Origin: the human T2T-CHM13v2.0 reference genome, Homo sapiens
Length of the DNA stretch: 64,000 bases
Assembly: GCF_009914755.1 (NCBI RefSeq)
Contig: NC_060929.1
Direction: 5' to 3' (one strand)
The position numbers and the translations under genes were made by a program. Shown here one piece after another: positions 58,631 through 64,000 of this stretch; positions within the stretch are counted from its first letter, which is position 1, and every line of letters starts with the position of its first letter. Below the pieces are notes generated by a model. It searched no databases and was not told where the DNA came from. It was given only the letters and a program-made list of their open reading frames with translations.

Positions 58631-60097
58631 ATTTTTGGTTGTATTGCAGCTCATGCCCTGGAAAAAAGAACCTTTGGGGTACTGGGAACCCTTACCCTAG
58701 GAGGGCGTTGAGTTAGATGAACTTTAAGGTCCTCTTACCTTTTAATAATTTTCTGTGCTTACTCTCCTCCTTCCCCACCATCGCCACCAGAAATAAATAA
58801 GGCTTGTGGTGAACTTAGGTCTTCAAAACATTTGTTGCAGCAGCCAGCAGTGATATTTTTTAGGGACTCCTAAAAGGGGTCTTACCTGCTTCCTTTTGTT
58901 TCTTTTTTCCCTGATTTGGCACCCGTATCAACTCATAAAAACCCCAAACTCTAGAAAGAATTTGGCTTCCAATTTGCCTTGGAAGGTGTAGCAGCTGACA
59001 GCCTTTGACGTTTATTTCAACGGAAAGTAGATGTTCATGTTGGGTGTGCTGGCTAATGTTGAAACGTGGTGGCATTGTTTTTTCACAGATTTCATTAGCA
59101 CAGTTAGATCAGGTGTTGGTTTATATTTTCATTAAGTCGCTTTTGAAATTTCTTCTGGCGTAGGTTGTGTTTGCAATAAGTAAAAGTTCTCTACAATAAT
59201 TTTTAATGAGACTCCACTATTTGCTTTTGTGATTCTGTTTCCAGTTAGTGAAAGACAGGATATTTGGGGAAAATTAGTCTGTTTATACTACTTGTCAGTT
59301 GTGAACTTGAATAAAACTTTTTCACACACACACAAAATCACAGGATAGGTAACTTGACAAGAACTATAGAACCCACTTGTGTTTCTTTAAGGGATGGAGG
59401 TTAGGGAATGGAGATTTCCTCTAATGATTCAAGGCTGTGCACGTTGCTCCTTAGGAACTCAAATTGAGGTAGGTAATTTCACCCTCTTTTGGTCAGAATG
59501 AGTTTATAGCAGGCTTTTCCTTAAATAAGCACTCTGCACTTTATTCAGGTTTATCACTTTATGACTCTAGAGTGTGATGCTCCAGTTTTAGTGAAAAACT
59601 TGAACACTTAGCACAGCAATTTGGTTGATACTGTGGGAGATTAAAGAATGTGGAAGGCAAGACCTCTGCCCCCTTGTAATCTAATAACCTTTTGTGCTTT
59701 TAAAACATTTTCTTGTAATTTACATCCTATTGTCATTCATTATCATGAAACGTGAAATGGGCAGAGCAAGTTTTTTTTTTTTTTTTTTTTTGAGATGGAG
59801 TCTCACTCTGTCGCCAGGCTGGAGTGCTGGAGTGCAGTGGCGCAATTGGCTCACTGCAACCTCCGCCTCCCCGGGTTCAAGCGATTCTCCTGCCTCCGCC
59901 TCCCTAGTAGCTGGGACTACAGGCGCTTGCCACCACGCCGGCTAATTTTTTGTATTTTTAGTAGAGACAGGGTTTCACCGTGTTAGCCAGGATGGTCTCG
60001 ATCTCCTGACTTTGTGATCCGCCCCCGTCGGCCTCCCAACAGAGCAAGTTTTATCTTGCCCATTTGGGAATTAAAGAAATAGAAGCCTGAAAGATTA

Positions 60098-60320
60098 TTT
60101 TTATTTAGCAAATATTTATATAACAATAATGCCAGGCATTGTTCTCATTGCCTTTACAAATATTAACTAATTTGATCCACAACATAGCTAGAAGGTAGGC
60201 CCTACTGTAAAATGAAGATAACAAATGAGACGTGAAGTAACTTTCCCAATGTCACAGAGCTATGATAGTCGGAATTCAAATCCAGATAGTCCAGAGATTC
60301 TATGCTCTTAACCATTATGT
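60098..60320 (-). mobile_element. MIR
   Basis: GTGAAGTAACTTTCCCAATGTCACAGAGCT...GGAATTCAAATCCAG...ATGCTCTTAACCATTATG is the reverse MIR core. Confidence 0.75.
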
Positions 60321-60550
60321 GGTGCTGTGTGATTTAGTGACAGGTCTAGGGTACTTTAAGGTGGCTATGTAGCATAGCTGGGATTTGAACCTACGTCTTC
60401 TGACTGTGGTCTAAGATTAAAGTTGTCCAAGTCATTGCCTTTGTGATCTAGACCACCTGTTGCACAGGTGCATGAATAGTTTGCATTTGATATAGGCTAA
60501 GGTTCAGTTCCAAAAAACTCCCTTTTTTCTTAATTTTTTCATTGTTTAGA

Positions 60551-60680
60551 GTGGTGCTGTCCAATGATGTAGGTACTGTGTGTGGTTATGAGCACTTGAG
60601 ATGTGGCTAGTGTAAATGAAGAACTAAATTTTAATTAAATAGATCTGTGTAGCCGATGGCCACCATATTGGATGGGCACA
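60551..60680. mobile_element. MER3-like hAT DNA transposon
   Basis: TIRs GTGCTGTCCAAT / ATTGGATGGGCAC; internal TGAGCACTTGAGATGTGGCTAGTG. Confidence 0.7.
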
Positions 60681-60959
60681 CGTTTGGAGAATTTGAATAG
60701 CCTCTGCTTCTTATATCAGTTTGTATAAATTTGGGTGGCATTTCTAATGTACTTGAGCTTTTATCAGTTAGGATGACCCATTCTTGCTCTCACCTAATTA
60801 CCCTTGTTACACTACAGTTGAGATTAGGGTAGACTTTGGGATTTTCTTGTGACATTGTTTCACCTCTGTAGATTTAAGATCTCTAATTTTTACCTTGTCC
60901 CTTGGTCTAGAGACCTTTAACTGCCCTAAATATTTAATCACCGAGATAGTTAATGCCAA

Positions 60960-61430
60960 TTGTTATGTGCTAGGTTCTCTAACTAGGTACTATTATTAAT
61001 TCCCATGCAACAGATGAGGAAACCGAGACTCAGGTTAAGTAACTTGCCATGGTCACACAGTTAGTAAAGCAGCCTGGTTCCAGAGCCCATGGGTTTTTGT
61101 TGTTGTTGTTGTTGTTGTTGTTTTTGAAACGGAGTCTTGCTCTGTTGCCCAGGCTGGAGTGCAGTGGCGCGATCTCGGCTCACTGCACGCTCCACCTCCA
61201 GGGTTCATGCCATTCTTCTGCCTCAGCCTCCTGAGTAGCTGCACCCGACACCACACCTGGCTACTTTTGTTTTTGTATTTTTAATAGAGACGGGGTTTCA
61301 CCGTGTTAGCCAGGATGGTCTCGATCTCCTGACCTCGTGATCCAACGGCCTTGGCCTCCCAAAGTGCTGGGATTACAGGTGTGAGCCACCGCGCCCAGCC
61401 CAGAGCCCATGTTTTTTAATCGTTACCTTA
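60960..61430 (-). mobile_element. MIR split by an AluY-like insertion (61094-61400)
   Basis: CAGATGAGGAAACCGAGACTCAGGTTAAGTAACTTGCC MIR core; TSD CCAGAGCCCATG on both sides of the Alu. Confidence 0.75.
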
Positions 61431-61741
61431 CTGTGCCAAATAGTAAAACAAAAAATTCGGTGCTTTTCACAGACTTCAGAGTGGAAAACAGACCAATTGA
61501 AAAATGTTGCGATCCTCTTTAACTGCCAAAGGAAGTATGCTTAAACGTATATATGCGTAAAATACGATTAAAAAATATGCAAATAAGGTAAGGATCACAG
61601 TGGTTCAAAACAGAGTCCAAGGGAATGAGAAAAGATGGTGCCTATGGAGGTAGATTAATGAAAGAAACAGAAGAGAACTATGCTTGAATTTTTTTTTTTT
61701 TTTTTTTTGAAACGGAGTCTTGCTCTGTTGCCCAGGCCTGA

Positions 61742-61870
<129 letters not shown>

Positions 61871-61912
61871 TAGGAGAGATGGGGTTTCACTGTGTTAGCC
61901 AGGATGGTCTCA

Positions 61913-62014
<102 letters not shown>

Positions 62015-62287
62015 TTAAAAGATGAAACTAGTGGAGAAAGATTGTAAAACCTAAAAGATTTCTGTATTTTAAAATTCCATAGACAATATAAAAGGACACT
62101 GCTGGAAACCAATATGTCTAAGAGGCATTTCAGGAGGGGAAAAACAGCTGAAGACACAATAAAGCCCTAAGTTGATAAATTGAAAGGGTTTGCTGACTTC
62201 CAGGCAGTAGTACTGGGAAAAAATTGCTCTTACCTATCCAAAATCTGGTGAAATATATGAATTTGTTAAAACATCTTAAGCTGTCGT

Positions 62288-63189
<902 letters not shown>

Positions 63190-63300
63190 AGGAAAGAAAA
63201 TTGATTTTCTACAACATTGAAAGTTGGAATTATTGACAATAGATTATCAACAGGAAGCACAGACATCTCAGAATTCTGTTACAACTAATTTTTTTTTTAG

Positions 63301-63466
<166 letters not shown>

Positions 63467-63680
63467 TAGCTGACACTACAGGCGCCCACCACCATGCCCG
63501 GCTAATTTTTGTATTTTTGGTAGAGGCAAGGTTTCACCATATTGGCCGGGCTTTTCTAGAACTCCTGACCTCAAATGATCCACCCACCTTGGCCTCCCAA
63601 AGTGGTGGGATTACAGGCCTGAGCCACCACGCCAGGCCATACAACATTTTTATTCAAACATGAAGGCAAAAGATGTTTTG

Positions 63681-63850
63681 TAGCATTAGGAGATACACCT
63701 AATGCTAAATGACGAGTTAATGGGTGCAGCACACCAGCATGGCACATGTATACATATGTAACTAACCTGCACATTGTGCACATGTACCCTAAAACTTAAA
63801 GTATAATAATAATTTTTAAAAAACTGTGGTACATCCATAAAAAAAAAAAA
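63681..63850 (+). mobile_element. 5'-truncated young L1PA 3' end with extra 3' sequence and poly(A)
   Basis: TAGCATTAGGAGATACACCTAATGCTAAATGACGAGTTAATGGGTGCAGCACACC...CCCTAAAACTTAAAGTATAATAA; TSD AAAAGATGTTTTG at 63668-63680 and 63847-63859. Confidence 0.92.
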
Positions 63851-64000
63851 GATGTTTTGGACACTGGCTTAGAATGATAAATCCTCAGGTAGCCTTTTGA
63901 ACTATTTTACAAAGATAGGAAGTTAGGGGAAGATGATGAATATAAGAAACAACTCGGCCAGTGTGGTGGCTCATATCTGTAATCCCAGCACTTCGGGAGG

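Noticed and set aside
57459-58716. Several 100-210 aa ORFs over the PAIP2 CpG island
   Set aside because: Same GC artefact; they overlap in many frames and none resembles PAIP2 protein.

Overview
Human (or very close primate) Alu-dense genomic DNA containing the complete MATR3 (Matrin-3) gene on the + strand, recognised from the exon-2 [21 protein letters not shown]. It has a CpG-island promoter at ~9.5-11 kb with two alternative first exons. I spliced 14 coding exons by hand (23504..45461): 2544 nt, 847 aa, all GT-AG. The 3' UTR has several poly(A) signals. Upstream is probably the 3' end of the SNHG4 lncRNA; downstream are the CpG-island promoter, non-coding exon 1 and first intron of PAIP2. 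The window also holds a 5S rRNA pseudogene, a 7SK pseudogene, MER/MIR/L1/L2 relics and roughly 70 Alu copies. The most interesting observations are: (1) one ATG in exon 1b that starts a short MATR3 isoform if spliced to exon 3, or a 41-aa hydrophobic uORF peptide if spliced to exon 2; (2) a candidate 11-nt stop-containing microexon before the ZF2 exon; (3) an alternative acceptor adding a 48-aa FVTLDEVG segment; (4) a chimeric Alu-7SK tailless retrocopy inside a MER5 element; (5) a short L1PA insertion with a 3' transduction. Gene names and repeat families come from recalled sequences, not searches; repeat boundaries are approximate.
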